Shown: in pieces, positions 1 to 10,037 of the stretch
Layout: every line of letters starts with the position of its first letter
Position numbering within the stretch: position 1 is the stretch's first letter
Translations under genes and position numbers: made by a program
The notes under the pieces: model-generated
What the model was told of the DNA's origin: nothing
The model's database searches: none
Seen by the model: only the letters and a program-made list of their open reading frames with translations
IMG/VR virus record: IMGVR_UViG_3300028676_000003
Span: 1 to 64,000 of that record
Direction: 5' to 3' (one strand)
Length of the DNA stretch: 64,000 nucleotides

Positions 1-2
1 AA

Positions 3-224
3 ATTGAAAAGCTTTGTGTTACACACCTTGTTTTTGGTGACCTTGAAAAAGGAACATACAGAAAGATAGGTTATGCAAACACCTCAATTGAGGACCTTAA
101 GAAACGTCCTGACGCTGATAAGCACATTCAAAAGCTTATTGATACTGCCAAGCCTTATTTGCTTGATGGTGGTAAGATATTCAATACAAATATTAACTTA
201 AAAAAATACGGTTATGGGAATTAA
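3..224 (+). CDS. partial hypothetical protein (5' truncated by window)
   Basis: Open frame from base 3 (IEKLCVTHL...YGYGN*) overlapping the next ATG at 214. Confidence 0.7.
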   Translation: MEKLCVTHLVFGDLEKGTYRKIGYANTSIEDLKKRPDADKHIQKLIDTAKPYLLDGGKIFNTNINLKKYGYGN

Positions 225-432
225 ATTAAAAGAATTTTTTATATTTTTGTTATTTACAAATTTTATAGCTGTTATCATGGCAGGGTTATTTTATCTAATA
301 GATAAAATTGGTGGAATAGCAGATGTTAGTGTTTTTCCATTTTTGATTGTTTTATTTAATGGTATTTATATCTTAATTTTAATCATATTTACATTTTTAC
401 GATTATTCATTAAAGATAATCCAAAGGAATAA
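214..432 (+). CDS. small membrane protein
   Basis: Two hydrophobic segments; stop overlaps next start (TAATG). Confidence 0.7.
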   Translation: MGIKLKEFFIFLLFTNFIAVIMAGLFYLIDKIGGIADVSVFPFLIVLFNGIYILILIIFTFLRLFIKDNPKE

Positions 433-776
433 TGAAACAGATAACAGAAAAAGAATTTTACGCAAAGTACCCTTGTATTACCAACCATTTTGAAAGAGAA
501 AGAAATCCTGCGTCAGTAAAAGATGAAGATATCTGTGGATTTGGTGGTAAGATGTATGAAACATTCGGAAAAGAGTTATATTTCGCAATTGAAATGGCTA
601 AGAAGGACCGAGTACTTACAATCATCGAGGGTGATGAAGAGGAAATGAATGATGATGGTGAGCCTACGTCAGTTTGGTATGTAACCACTGGACTTCACCA
701 CATCAACAGAATAGGCTACCTAGTAACAGAAAAACCACTTAACGGTGAAATTTTTGAGGTAAAGCTTGATTATTAA
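432..776 (+). CDS. hypothetical phage protein
   Basis: 114-aa ORF, coupled start. Confidence 0.75.
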   Translation: MKQITEKEFYAKYPCITNHFERERNPASVKDEDICGFGGKMYETFGKELYFAIEMAKKDRVLTIIEGDEEEMNDDGEPTSVWYVTTGLHHINRIGYLVTEKPLNGEIFEVKLDY

Positions 777-800
777 AAATATTATTAATACCTTTGTATA

Positions 801-1067
801 ATGAAACAGCAAATTGTATCTCCTACTAGTATTGTCAACATCGGTCTTAAAAGAGACCTTAAAGAAATACTAGATAAACCTGAAAATATAATTAAGGTTT
901 ATAAAGGAATCGGAAAAGTAACAGATTTCTCAATCGAAATTTGGTTTAAGGAACCTGCAACATTCAGTAGCTATGTTTATTATAGTAACAAAGAAAAAAT
1001 GGAAGCAGATTTTAATAACCTCGAATCATTAATAAAGCAACAAAAGGTTGTTAAGGAAAAAAAGTAA
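801..1067 (+). CDS. hypothetical protein
   Basis: 88-aa ORF after TACCTTTG box. Confidence 0.7.
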   Translation: MKQQIVSPTSIVNIGLKRDLKEILDKPENIIKVYKGIGKVTDFSIEIWFKEPATFSSYVYYSNKEKMEADFNNLESLIKQQKVVKEKK

Positions 1068-1070
1068 TTT

Positions 1071-1454
1071 ATGGAAAAACATTTAAAACTTATACATCAC
1101 AAGTTTACTAGTAGGTATAACAAATTAAGTACAAAGGCAAGACTAGTCTTGTTCTTTCTTATCTTAGTTGTAATACTAATCTCTTGTTCGAGAAGCACAA
1201 GTGAAGCGGTTAAGGTAGAAACAGATGCTTATGTAGTCAAATACATTGACCCACCAAAATGGTATAAGGTTGACCTCGAAAGAGTATCAGACCATCGTTT
1301 CTTCAATGCTGTCAGCATTAGTAAAAGATGTAGTACTTGGAGCAAGACACATGTTGGCGACACTGTTATGTTGAATCGTTATACGTATATTAATGGAAAC
1401 ACTGACTATACGGAATTTGATGATACTGAGTTGAAGAATGCTTTCTGTAAATAA
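1071..1454 (+). CDS. putative lipoprotein / membrane-anchored protein
   Basis: Basic N-terminus, hydrophobic helix ending LISC. Confidence 0.6.
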   Translation: MEKHLKLIHHKFTSRYNKLSTKARLVLFFLILVVILISCSRSTSEAVKVETDAYVVKYIDPPKWYKVDLERVSDHRFFNAVSISKRCSTWSKTHVGDTVMLNRYTYINGNTDYTEFDDTELKNAFCK

Positions 1455-1470
1455 ATTTGAAAAATATATG

Positions 1471-1520
1471 AAAATAACCTGGTGAAAATTTTGCTAGGTT
1501 ATTTTTTTTGTTTACCTTTG
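1471..1520 (+). promoter_or_regulatory. Bacteroidota-type promoter overlapping a hairpin
   Basis: TTTG 1490-1493, 19-nt spacer, TACCTTTG 1513-1520; AAAATAACCT/AGGTTATTTT inverted repeat. Confidence 0.8.
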
Positions 1521-1548
1521 TAGTATAATAATTGAAAAACGATTAATT

Positions 1549-2019
1549 ATGGAACATCAAGTAATAACAAAAGACTGGGGAGACTCACTAAGAGTTAGTC
1601 ATAACATCTATTTTGAGATAACAAGTCCTAAATCACGGGCCTCATATCTTATGATGGTTGATGATTATTTTAACCAAGACTTAACCAACAATAGGTCACA
1701 CGCAACTAGGTCTAAATGGATTCAATTCAGTAGAGATTTCCTTACAAGGCATCTTAAGAAGTGGGGTAACCTTTACTGCACATATTGCGGAAATGGTAAC
1801 CTGAGAATAGAACTAACCAACGGTGAGAAAAGGGTTAGAGGTAAAAAACGTGAAAACGTTATTCACCCTAGCGAAAAAGCAACCATTGACCACATTGACC
1901 CAAAGTCTAAGGGTGGAGCATTGGAAGACCCAAAGAACATTACTATTTGTTGTGAGAAGTGCAACGGTAAAAAAGGTAGTTCAGACGTACTAGCGTTTCT
2001 AGGATATAAATCTAAATAA
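1549..2019 (+). CDS. HNH endonuclease
   Basis: CTYC...ATIDHIDPKSKGG...NITICCEKCNGKKG. Confidence 0.85.
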   Translation: MEHQVITKDWGDSLRVSHNIYFEITSPKSRASYLMMVDDYFNQDLTNNRSHATRSKWIQFSRDFLTRHLKKWGNLYCTYCGNGNLRIELTNGEKRVRGKKRENVIHPSEKATIDHIDPKSKGGALEDPKNITICCEKCNGKKGSSDVLAFLGYKSK

Positions 2020-2090
2020 AACCAGGTTTTTCTTGCAAATAAGAAATCTTTTATTTACCTTTGTACTATTAATAACTTAAATCATTTGAT

Positions 2091-2453
2091 ATGAAATCAT
2101 TCTCAATATTCACTTTATTAAGTGAAAAATTAGTTGGTAAACAACTTAAACATATCACACACTTCGAAAGGCTAGAACAAGAAATTAACATTTCTGTTAA
2201 AAGACCCACAGCAACTGAAAAACAATTTGAGGGTGGTAACCCTAGATTTAGAATGAACATAGCTTCATCAAAACATTTAGGTTTTAGAACAATTTATGAT
2301 TATTCAGAAGTTGTTAAAGTTGAATTTGAACAAGGTCATTATGATGAAAGTGATTCAATCTTAATCACTCTTGCAAACGGTAAAGAGATTGATATGAGTC
2401 TTAGTTCAGAACTCATTGAAGTAGACAAGGACGTATTTTATTTAGACTATTAA
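2091..2453 (+). CDS. hypothetical protein
   Basis: 120-aa ORF after promoter box 2056-2063. Confidence 0.7.
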   Translation: MKSFSIFTLLSEKLVGKQLKHITHFERLEQEINISVKRPTATEKQFEGGNPRFRMNIASSKHLGFRTIYDYSEVVKVEFEQGHYDESDSILITLANGKEIDMSLSSELIEVDKDVFYLDY

Positions 2454-2463
2454 AAATAAACAA

Positions 2464-2925
2464 ATGGGAACATACAGAGGTAGTTATCTTGGAATTTATT
2501 TAGAAGTTCCATTTTTAAAGCATGAGGAAACAGTTACATTTTTTCGTAATCCTGTTAGCGGGAAGCCAATGAAAAAACGTTTTAATCCTGAAACTGGTGT
2601 TGAAGGAGTTAAAGACACTAGAGTTGACGTTAGTTATCTAACACCAAACCCATATATTGATGATGTTGAGGGTGTTAGAGCAGATGAATTTTCTAGACCC
2701 GCATATACTGGTGGTGGAAAACGAATAGAAACATTCGTTTTAAGTTATTCTGGTAAATATAAAATTGGTGAAGCTGGCGAACTTGAAAATATTGATATAA
2801 GTGATATCAATGTACCAAAGTTAATTGAAGAGTTTAAGGTTGATTATGCTTGGCATTTGGAACAATACACAGATTGGTATAAAGAAGTTAATGTTAAATT
2901 CGGGCTTGTTAATTACGCCCACTAA
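2464..2925 (+). CDS. hypothetical protein, paralog of 2938-3417
   Basis: Shared YLGxYLxVP, RNxxG...FxPxTGxE and VKFGxVNY motifs. Confidence 0.75.
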   Translation: MGTYRGSYLGIYLEVPFLKHEETVTFFRNPVSGKPMKKRFNPETGVEGVKDTRVDVSYLTPNPYIDDVEGVRADEFSRPAYTGGGKRIETFVLSYSGKYKIGEAGELENIDISDINVPKLIEEFKVDYAWHLEQYTDWYKEVNVKFGLVNYAH

Positions 2926-2937
2926 AATCAAATAATC

Positions 2938-3417
2938 ATGGGAGCAGACAACTCAACATATATTGGACCTTACCTGATAGTTCCATATAAAACAATAAAA
3001 GGTATTGATAAACACTACAGAAATGCATCAGGTATTAAGATGGATTCAAAATTTGACCCATCAACTGGTAAAGAGAACACGCTTGTTGAAGTTCCGTATG
3101 AAAGAAAAACTAGTCCTTGGACCGAGTTTGACGAATATGAGTCCTTGACGGCTGATGAACTCAATGAGTTAGAGGAAAATATGTTTTGGGTGCCACAGTA
3201 TACTGGTTCTAAGAAAGAAACAAGCATCTTTTTGGTTAATACAACGAAAGATTTCCTAAAGGATGAAGAAGATGCTTATCACTATGACTTGCAAACCGTG
3301 GATATTCCTGCTGAGTTGCTTAAGTTCAGACGCAAGTATCAAAAATACTTAGATGCTATCAAAAAAGAATATGGTAGTATTGAGGTTAAGTTCGGAGTTG
3401 TAAATTATTTTAACTAA
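2938..3417 (+). CDS. hypothetical protein, paralog of 2464-2925
   Basis: Same shared motifs. Confidence 0.75.
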   Translation: MGADNSTYIGPYLIVPYKTIKGIDKHYRNASGIKMDSKFDPSTGKENTLVEVPYERKTSPWTEFDEYESLTADELNELEENMFWVPQYTGSKKETSIFLVNTTKDFLKDEEDAYHYDLQTVDIPAELLKFRRKYQKYLDAIKKEYGSIEVKFGVVNYFN

Positions 3418-3427
3418 ATAAATTAAT

Positions 3428-3850
3428 ATGAAAGAGTTTTTATACGATATGTTGATTGACCCGTTTACTGATAATGAAGCTATGAGTTATATTATGGGTA
3501 TTATTGCTTGGTTTATTTTTCTAACACTAAGTTTTTTCCTTTTTATTTTCCTATATTGGATAATTGATAGTTCATTTATGCCAATACAAGAAAAAGATGG
3601 TGTAGTTATAGGTACAAAGTATTCACCTGCCCATAGTTCAACAACTTATACTCACGTTGGAGACGTACTAGTTCCAAATACTGTTTATTATGATGAAAGC
3701 TTCTATGTTGTAATCGAGATAGATGGTTTAAAAGATGATGTTGAGGTTTATGAAGGTTATTACAATAGCGTTGAAAAGGGAACTAAGGTACATTGTAAGT
3801 ATACCAATGGTAGAATTGGTGATAACCTATATATAAAATCATTCGAATAA
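3428..3850 (+). CDS. membrane-anchored hypothetical protein
   Basis: N-terminal TM helix followed by a beta-rich domain. Confidence 0.7.
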   Translation: MKEFLYDMLIDPFTDNEAMSYIMGIIAWFIFLTLSFFLFIFLYWIIDSSFMPIQEKDGVVIGTKYSPAHSSTTYTHVGDVLVPNTVYYDESFYVVIEIDGLKDDVEVYEGYYNSVEKGTKVHCKYTNGRIGDNLYIKSFE

Positions 3851-4155
3851 TGTCAGTTACTAAAAGACCATGTGGACAATGCCCGTTCAGAAAGGATTCT
3901 GTTAAGGGTTACTTAGGTGGCTTTACCGTTGAAGAAACGCTGGAAGTTGCCAAGTCGGAACATCAGTTTGATTGTCATAAGACAAGAGGAACGGATAACA
4001 CCAAAGAGTGTTCAGGTAGACTTCTATTTGCGACAAAGACATGTAAAAGCTTTAAGAATGCTGAGTTGGAGAAGCTTAGACTTGAAACCAAAGAATCAAA
4101 CTCAACTGATAACATCTTGGGTTTTGATTTTAGACAACATCACGAAAATAATTAA
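3850..4155 (+). CDS. Cys-rich protein (DUF6283-like)
   Basis: PCGQCPFRKD...FDCHKT...ECSG pattern. Confidence 0.55.
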   Translation: MSVTKRPCGQCPFRKDSVKGYLGGFTVEETLEVAKSEHQFDCHKTRGTDNTKECSGRLLFATKTCKSFKNAELEKLRLETKESNSTDNILGFDFRQHHENN

Positions 4156-4231
4156 ATATTTAATCCTAATAAGTTGTTTATTAGGATTTTTTTTTATACC
4201 TTTGTATCATATTAATTAAAAACATTAAATT

Positions 4232-4807
4232 ATGAACTTTATTTACGGAGCAATGTCGATGCTTATCTTCGGCTTAATCTTTTTAATCTGCGGACAACTA
4301 TTCTTCCCAACTACAGGTACAATGGAAGTAGGCATCCTTCAAGGTATTGGTGGGTTTGTGTGTGTTGTTGCTTTGATATACGGACTTATTGTCGGTATGT
4401 TCTACAACATGTATGCAGTTACCGAAGCTAAGGAAACTTACAATGCAATCAAATCAGGTAAGAAAAAAATTAAGATTCAAGAGAAGAGTCTTGAAACTTA
4501 CAAATCAGAATTTACTGATATCTTAACAAAGGCTTATCCTAAGTATGAGAAAGAAGTTTTCGAAGGTATGAACAAGAATGATTCTGAAAGCCTTACTGCG
4601 CTTATGACCAAGTACCCTGAGTTGAAGTTTGATGAAGTATTGAAAAATTACATCTACGGTATCAACCAAGCATTAGATAAGATTAAATCATATCAAATCG
4701 AAGTTGAAAATTCTTACTCTCGTATTGATGATTTCAAAACTAACGGTTGGGTATTCGATTTTAACAAGCCAGCGATTAGTGAACTATTAGCTAAACTAGA
4801 AGACTAA
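4232..4807 (+). CDS. membrane protein with coiled-coil
   Basis: Two N-terminal TM helices; promoter box 4197-4204. Confidence 0.75.
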   Translation: MNFIYGAMSMLIFGLIFLICGQLFFPTTGTMEVGILQGIGGFVCVVALIYGLIVGMFYNMYAVTEAKETYNAIKSGKKKIKIQEKSLETYKSEFTDILTKAYPKYEKEVFEGMNKNDSESLTALMTKYPELKFDEVLKNYIYGINQALDKIKSYQIEVENSYSRIDDFKTNGWVFDFNKPAISELLAKLED

Positions 4808-5019
4808 TGACAGGACTAGAAATCATATTATTAGCCATTATTTGGCTTAGTGTTGGGTGTTATATCTGCTTTAAGCGTGATTGGTACCCACAGAAGAGCA
4901 TCATCAATGATGCTCCCGCAGAAGTTAGTTGTGCTATGGCAATTATCTTCGCACCAGTAAACTTGGCTATTGTCCTATTCAAGTTATTCTTTATTTATAA
5001 ATGGACAAATAACAATTAA
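4807..5019 (+). CDS. small membrane protein
   Basis: Two hydrophobic segments. Confidence 0.7.
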   Translation: MTGLEIILLAIIWLSVGCYICFKRDWYPQKSIINDAPAEVSCAMAIIFAPVNLAIVLFKLFFIYKWTNNN

Positions 5020-5030
5020 AAACATTCATT

Positions 5031-5204
5031 ATGAACACGAAATTAAAAAACTTTTTAATCAATTTTGGTCTTATCTATGTAGGTGTATCGCTAGTATTTC
5101 TAGTGTTGTTTGCCTTATTCGGTATCACTGGTTTTATCTTTCTTAGATTGGTAGTTGCTTTCTTTTTAGCATTTTTCAGACCAATTTACAAGCCACAAGG
5201 CTAA
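5031..5204 (+). CDS. small membrane protein (57 aa, not in ORF track)
   Basis: MNTKLKNFLINFGLIYVGVSLVFLVLF...KPQG*. Confidence 0.65.
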   Translation: MNTKLKNFLINFGLIYVGVSLVFLVLFALFGITGFIFLRLVVAFFLAFFRPIYKPQG

Positions 5205-5224
5205 GTATTAACCAAAACTAAAAT

Positions 5225-5533
5225 ATGCAGAAGAAGAACGAATTTATTAAACGTTTGATTAAGCGTTTTAAGAAACCACTAGATGTTAAGGTAGGTGATG
5301 TAGGAGTATTTCAAGACGTATTGACGTTCTACACCAGTAATCAACATGCCGATGTAACACGACATAGTGTATTTACAAAGATTGAAGTCGTTGAAGTGTT
5401 TGAAGAATTGGTTGAGGTTAAGATTCTTGATATGGAAGTAGCAAATATTGCTCCCGTATCGTTCTTAGAAATGGCTAAGGCCAGTAATACCAAGTACTTG
5501 GACCCAAGACTTATCAATTGGAAAAAAAATTAA
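5225..5533 (+). CDS. hypothetical protein
   Basis: 102-aa ORF. Confidence 0.7.
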   Translation: MQKKNEFIKRLIKRFKKPLDVKVGDVGVFQDVLTFYTSNQHADVTRHSVFTKIEVVEVFEELVEVKILDMEVANIAPVSFLEMAKASNTKYLDPRLINWKKN

Positions 5534-5587
5534 TATTTTCCCTATCATTTATTTGGTAGGGAAATTTTTTTTACGTACCTTTGTAAT

Positions 5588-5827
5588 ATGAAAGATAAAG
5601 AAAAAGTAATAACCGACCATTTAAAGAGTGTAGTATTGAGCGAACCTGTTCGTCCAACCTTTCCCGAAGATAGACAAGAACCGTCTTTTGGTAAAAGGAT
5701 TAGACTATACGATAGTGAACAAGTTGATACTATCTTAACTGACGTATTAACACAAGTCCTAGAAGGTAAAATCGAATTAACCAATACACTTGCTATTGAA
5801 GCATTTGTTAAAAACTATAAAAAATGA
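5588..5827 (+). CDS. hypothetical protein
   Basis: After promoter box 5576-5583. Confidence 0.7.
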   Translation: MKDKEKVITDHLKSVVLSEPVRPTFPEDRQEPSFGKRIRLYDSEQVDTILTDVLTQVLEGKIELTNTLAIEAFVKNYKK

Positions 5828-6264
5828 TACAAGATTTATTGAAATCAGAAGAAATTCATTCAAAAATTGAAGCATTAATCATATATGCAAGAGAAAACGT
5901 AATTTCCCTTGATGAAATGATTGAAGCACAAGCCAAAAACAAACCTGTTGGAACTACAGCAGAGCGTGTATTGGAATTTGGTGACGGCTACAGAGTGGTA
6001 TTCAGCCTTGAAGACCAACCCGCTGGACTTGCCAAGCATATTAGTGTCTCTAAAGACCGTATGAAACTGCCATTAGAGGACTTACTTATTCTAATAAAAG
6101 AGTTCGGGTTCCAATTTGACGCATCCAACGTCAACAGCAAATCTCAAGTTTACCTTGAAAGCTATGATGTTGTTGATAAAGTAACGGAAGAAAAGACCCA
6201 CAGAGAAGCTATCAACGTAATTGAACTTGATGATGAAGAGTTTGAAAAATGGTTTGACGTATGA
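5824..6264 (+). CDS. hypothetical protein
   Basis: ATGA-coupled 146-aa ORF. Confidence 0.7.
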   Translation: MIQDLLKSEEIHSKIEALIIYARENVISLDEMIEAQAKNKPVGTTAERVLEFGDGYRVVFSLEDQPAGLAKHISVSKDRMKLPLEDLLILIKEFGFQFDASNVNSKSQVYLESYDVVDKVTEEKTHREAINVIELDDEEFEKWFDV

Positions 6265-6599
6265 AAAAAGTAATAAATAAGGTAAAACATTTTTTAGAGC
6301 TATCGGAATTATCTAGGAGTGTGATATTTTGGAATGGATTATTATTGGTAATTCTAATATTATCATTGATTTTTAGTCCAAATATTTTTATCATGTTTCA
6401 ATGTTTTGGTTCATTGATATGTTTTGCTAAAATGGTTGATGGAGATATGGAAAAGGAAGATATTTGGATGCTATATACTATAGTTCCATGGTTTTTCTTA
6501 GTACTTGTGGGTATAGGTTATTTAATATATCTTATCTATAAACATACAATACTGAGGTTTAATAGATGGTTGGATAATAAAACTGACGAAGATGAGTAG
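6261..6599 (+). CDS. membrane protein
   Basis: Three hydrophobic segments. Confidence 0.7.
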   Translation: MKKVINKVKHFLELSELSRSVIFWNGLLLVILILSLIFSPNIFIMFQCFGSLICFAKMVDGDMEKEDIWMLYTIVPWFFLVLVGIGYLIYLIYKHTILRFNRWLDNKTDEDE

Positions 6600-7311
6600 A
6601 AAAAGATACTTAAACAGAAATTCATTTAGTGCAAACTTGTATTGTCTCTTCTATTCAATAGAAAAGAATAGGCTACCTAGAAACACACTAATATTTAAGT
6701 TGAAGCTATGCTTTGCTTATGCGTTGATGATTCCGTTATCAGTGTTATTACTGCCAGCGGTCCTATTTGAATATCGTGAGTATAAACTAGGTTTACATCA
6801 CTACGGAAACATATCAGTTGCGGAGCGTTTTGTTATGTCGCTATTGGTGTATGCAGGTTTCTTGGGTATCTACATCATATTCCTACCATTTGGATTGTTC
6901 TTTACAACCTATACATCACCAATAATTAGTTTTCTTTCGAAGATAGGAATTACCTTTTGGGGTATCATACTTGGAAGGTTAACGTTAAAGTACTTAGGTA
7001 AGTTGATTAACTTGCTTTTTAATTCAATATCTAACAGTAAACCAATAAAAGAGATTGGTAAGGTTGAAAATATTGAATGGCAGAAGCCAGTCACTAGGAC
7101 CAAAGACGAAGAACTGAGCGATATCATGGAAGAACAAGAAAGAAAGTTCTTGAAGGATAGAGGTTGGAAAGAGGTTGAAGGAAAAGAAGAGGAAACTCGT
7201 TGGATAAAACAGCCTTATAATCAAGAACCTATGATACTTGCTGATGCATATAAAGCTGAGAGAATCGCCTTTATTGCTGAGCGTGTAGGAGAAAGAAAGA
7301 AAAAAAAGTAA
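6592..7311 (+). CDS. membrane protein
   Basis: Several TM segments and a charged C-terminus. Confidence 0.7.
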   Translation: MSRKRYLNRNSFSANLYCLFYSIEKNRLPRNTLIFKLKLCFAYALMIPLSVLLLPAVLFEYREYKLGLHHYGNISVAERFVMSLLVYAGFLGIYIIFLPFGLFFTTYTSPIISFLSKIGITFWGIILGRLTLKYLGKLINLLFNSISNSKPIKEIGKVENIEWQKPVTRTKDEELSDIMEEQERKFLKDRGWKEVEGKEEETRWIKQPYNQEPMILADAYKAERIAFIAERVGERKKKK

Positions 7312-7382
7312 AATATTTGATAAAAAGCTTGGGTATGTAATTTATTTTACATACCTTTGTTGTATAATAAAATCAGATAACT

Positions 7383-7973
7383 ATGTCAAAAGATAAATTA
7401 GATAAAGAAGCTCAAGAATATTATTTCAAACACATGTATGAAAAACCTGATTTAAAACAGGCTTTCCTTACTGGTGCTGAATTTCAAAAATCACTAGATT
7501 CTGAAATTCTATATAGTGAAGATGAAGTAAAAGCTATCATATTAGAAGCAGTAGGACGCTTTACTCCTTTCGCTCATGAAAACCTAAAAGGTGAAATTGC
7601 ATCCGAATTCTTTGTAAACGTAAGGAAACAAGAACCTAAGAAGTTCTATCGTGTTTGTAACGTTGATTCTAAACAAGGACTTTGGTATAACTTTGATGGA
7701 ACATTCACTGGAATGATTCATAATGAGTTCAGCTTCTGCCAAAACTCAGAACTTAAGATGGACTTTGACCCTACACTTGTAGGTTGGCTATCTACTTGCG
7801 ATACCATTGAAGGTGTTTGGCAATGGTTTACACAAGAAGATGTATTGAAGCTTCAAGAAATGGGTTGGTATCTTCATGAATTTGAAGCTACTCAGTATCG
7901 TTTCTACGACAGATTTCAACATCACGTAATCAATCAAAAAACATCTAAAATCATCAGAAAAATCGAACTATGA
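7383..7973 (+). CDS. hypothetical phage protein
   Basis: 196 aa after promoter box 7352-7359. Confidence 0.75.
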   Translation: MSKDKLDKEAQEYYFKHMYEKPDLKQAFLTGAEFQKSLDSEILYSEDEVKAIILEAVGRFTPFAHENLKGEIASEFFVNVRKQEPKKFYRVCNVDSKQGLWYNFDGTFTGMIHNEFSFCQNSELKMDFDPTLVGWLSTCDTIEGVWQWFTQEDVLKLQEMGWYLHEFEATQYRFYDRFQHHVINQKTSKIIRKIEL

Positions 7974-8347
7974 GAAAACTAAATGATTGGTATGATAGGT
8001 TACCGACTCGAAAAAGAGAGATATTCTTTGTAACGTTTGTTGGTGGAACGCTACTACTTTCAGAAATAGCACTTTGGGTATTCGGTTTCATTTGGGCTTT
8101 GCCTCTTTGGATAGTCATAATGACTGGTCTAAGACTTTCATACCTGAGACAACCTAAACGTTTCATTGCTGACATTGAAAAGAATGGACTTAACAAGAAC
8201 AGTTTGAAGTCCATATCTAACCACTACAGGGTTGAAACCATCAGTCAAGGTAAATGGACCCTTTTACCAAAATCAACGACTAGCGAGCATTTAAATAAGC
8301 TAATTGACTTAGCTAACAAACAAGATAAAACTAAAAAAGATGAATAA
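7970..8347 (+). CDS. membrane protein
   Basis: Two TM helices. Confidence 0.7.
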   Translation: MRKLNDWYDRLPTRKREIFFVTFVGGTLLLSEIALWVFGFIWALPLWIVIMTGLRLSYLRQPKRFIADIEKNGLNKNSLKSISNHYRVETISQGKWTLLPKSTTSEHLNKLIDLANKQDKTKKDE

Positions 8348-8759
8348 GGAAAAAATTGAAGAAATAGGTAAAGAGTTTGTTGAAAAGGTATTAAATTTTT
8401 CATTCAGAAGCATGGCAGAAAAAACCAATGCTAACAGACTCTTAAAAGCGTTTGTTGCAGGAGCAGAAACTATTCTAAAGAATGCTCATGACTTTGAATT
8501 CCCTAATGATATTGAGGATAAAGAGCCAGCGGTTGAAATTGAAGTTGTTCCTGTAAGGAAGGAGCTTGTACAAGCTCCAGTGGGTCTTTGCCGTAAAATT
8601 GAACAAAAGGTTGTGTTTTCGTTAAGTGATAAAAAAATAAACGACCTAATATCAGAAGGTTGGACAATAACCACAACAACACCAGTATATGTAAGTAGTC
8701 AAGGTCATGGTTCTGACCAAAAAGGTGAGATTTGTTTCGTACTTGAAAGAGAAGTATAA
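8340..8759 (+). CDS. hypothetical protein
   Basis: 139-aa ORF. Confidence 0.7.
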   Translation: MNKEKIEEIGKEFVEKVLNFSFRSMAEKTNANRLLKAFVAGAETILKNAHDFEFPNDIEDKEPAVEIEVVPVRKELVQAPVGLCRKIEQKVVFSLSDKKINDLISEGWTITTTTPVYVSSQGHGSDQKGEICFVLEREV

Positions 8760-8914
8760 TGAAACTCGGTAAACCTACACATAATAACGTAGATGTTGTA
8801 ATCGGACAAATTTGGCTTAAACTATTTAATGATAGAAGACCTATGTTTGATATTGATTTTAATACCTATGGTGAACCTTTACTAAATAATACTGAAAAAA
8901 TAGAAGAAATTTAG
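8759..8914 (+). CDS. solitary MKLG-family microprotein (51 aa)
   Basis: MKLGKPTHNNVDVVIGQIWLKLF...EEI*; TAATG coupling. Confidence 0.6.
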   Translation: MKLGKPTHNNVDVVIGQIWLKLFNDRRPMFDIDFNTYGEPLLNNTEKIEEI

Positions 8915-8966
8915 TTGCAAGATAAAAAATTAATTTGTACCTTTGTATAACAATAATGAAATCACC

Positions 8967-9251
8967 ATGATAAAAGTATCAACATATCGCAATATCAAGT
9001 TTGAAATTATAGTTAGCCTTAATAGTAAAGCTGTTCTTAATTTAGAAAATGATTTAAGACACTACATTATGTGTAGAACACTAAATTCAGTTAACGATAA
9101 AGACTATTACAAAAGCTATACAACCAAAGAAGGTAGCGGAGAGTTGATGGATGGAATCAATACAGCTGAACTAGACATACAAAAATGGATTGATACTGTA
9201 ACAACTGGTGATGAAAGAACCCTATTAAGCCTTGGGTTTAAATTCGAATAA
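8967..9251 (+). CDS. hypothetical protein
   Basis: ATG start downstream of promoter box 8938-8945. Confidence 0.7.
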   Translation: MIKVSTYRNIKFEIIVSLNSKAVLNLENDLRHYIMCRTLNSVNDKDYYKSYTTKEGSGELMDGINTAELDIQKWIDTVTTGDERTLLSLGFKFE

Positions 9252-9252
9252 T

Positions 9253-9792
9253 ATGCAAAAATATTTCAAATGGATTATCGTCGCTGTAGCAGTGGTAATA
9301 ATAGCCCTTATAACCTACGCTGTACTTACAACAAAAGAAAAACCTTTCAATAAGGTTGACATGAAAACATCAAATTTCGTGCTTAATATTACTGGCAGAA
9401 CGTATTTAGATACGATTCTTGTAACTGGTCTTAAGTACTACGGAATAGACAGCTCACAAGTTGTTATAAGAGACTTACCTTATGCGCAGTCTCATATGGA
9501 AAAAGGTTATACACTTAAAGCATTTGTTATGAATGAAGGTAATCAATATCTTCTTTATATCGTTGATGCTGATAAAGATGAATCAATCTATATAATAGCG
9601 CATGAACTAATACACTTTAAACAATATCACGATAAAAGACTCTTATTAACAAATGATACATTCATTTGGAATGGTAAGACGTACTACAGTGATTCGCAGT
9701 ATGAAAACAGGCCATGGGAAGTGGAAGCTTTCGGTATGGGTCCTGTAATGGAATTAGTATTAAAACAAAAACTCTACGGAGACCGACAATGA
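9253..9792 (+). CDS. membrane-anchored zinc metallopeptidase (HExxH)
   Basis: IAHELIHFKQY and RPWEVEAF motifs; N-terminal TM. Confidence 0.75.
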   Translation: MQKYFKWIIVAVAVVIIALITYAVLTTKEKPFNKVDMKTSNFVLNITGRTYLDTILVTGLKYYGIDSSQVVIRDLPYAQSHMEKGYTLKAFVMNEGNQYLLYIVDADKDESIYIIAHELIHFKQYHDKRLLLTNDTFIWNGKTYYSDSQYENRPWEVEAFGMGPVMELVLKQKLYGDRQ

Positions 9793-10037
9793 TAGTAAAT
9801 ATAATTTTATGGGTAGTATTATACTTGATAGGTGCTGTATTAGGCTATCTATTATGTAAACTACTTAGAGGAACGGACCCTGATACAAATAATGAGTGGA
9901 ATGATGTGTTTTTAACTATCATTTATTCATTAACTAGTTGGGTATGTGTATTTGTACTATCAATTGTTATAGTTATAGCCTTACTATGCACACTAGAAAT
10001 TAAAAAATTTAATAAAAAACCACCAAAATGGATGTAA
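9789..10037 (+). CDS. membrane protein, PPKW family
   Basis: Two TM helices; ends KKPPKWM. Confidence 0.7.
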   Translation: MIVNIILWVVLYLIGAVLGYLLCKLLRGTDPDTNNEWNDVFLTIIYSLTSWVCVFVLSIVIVIALLCTLEIKKFNKKPPKWM

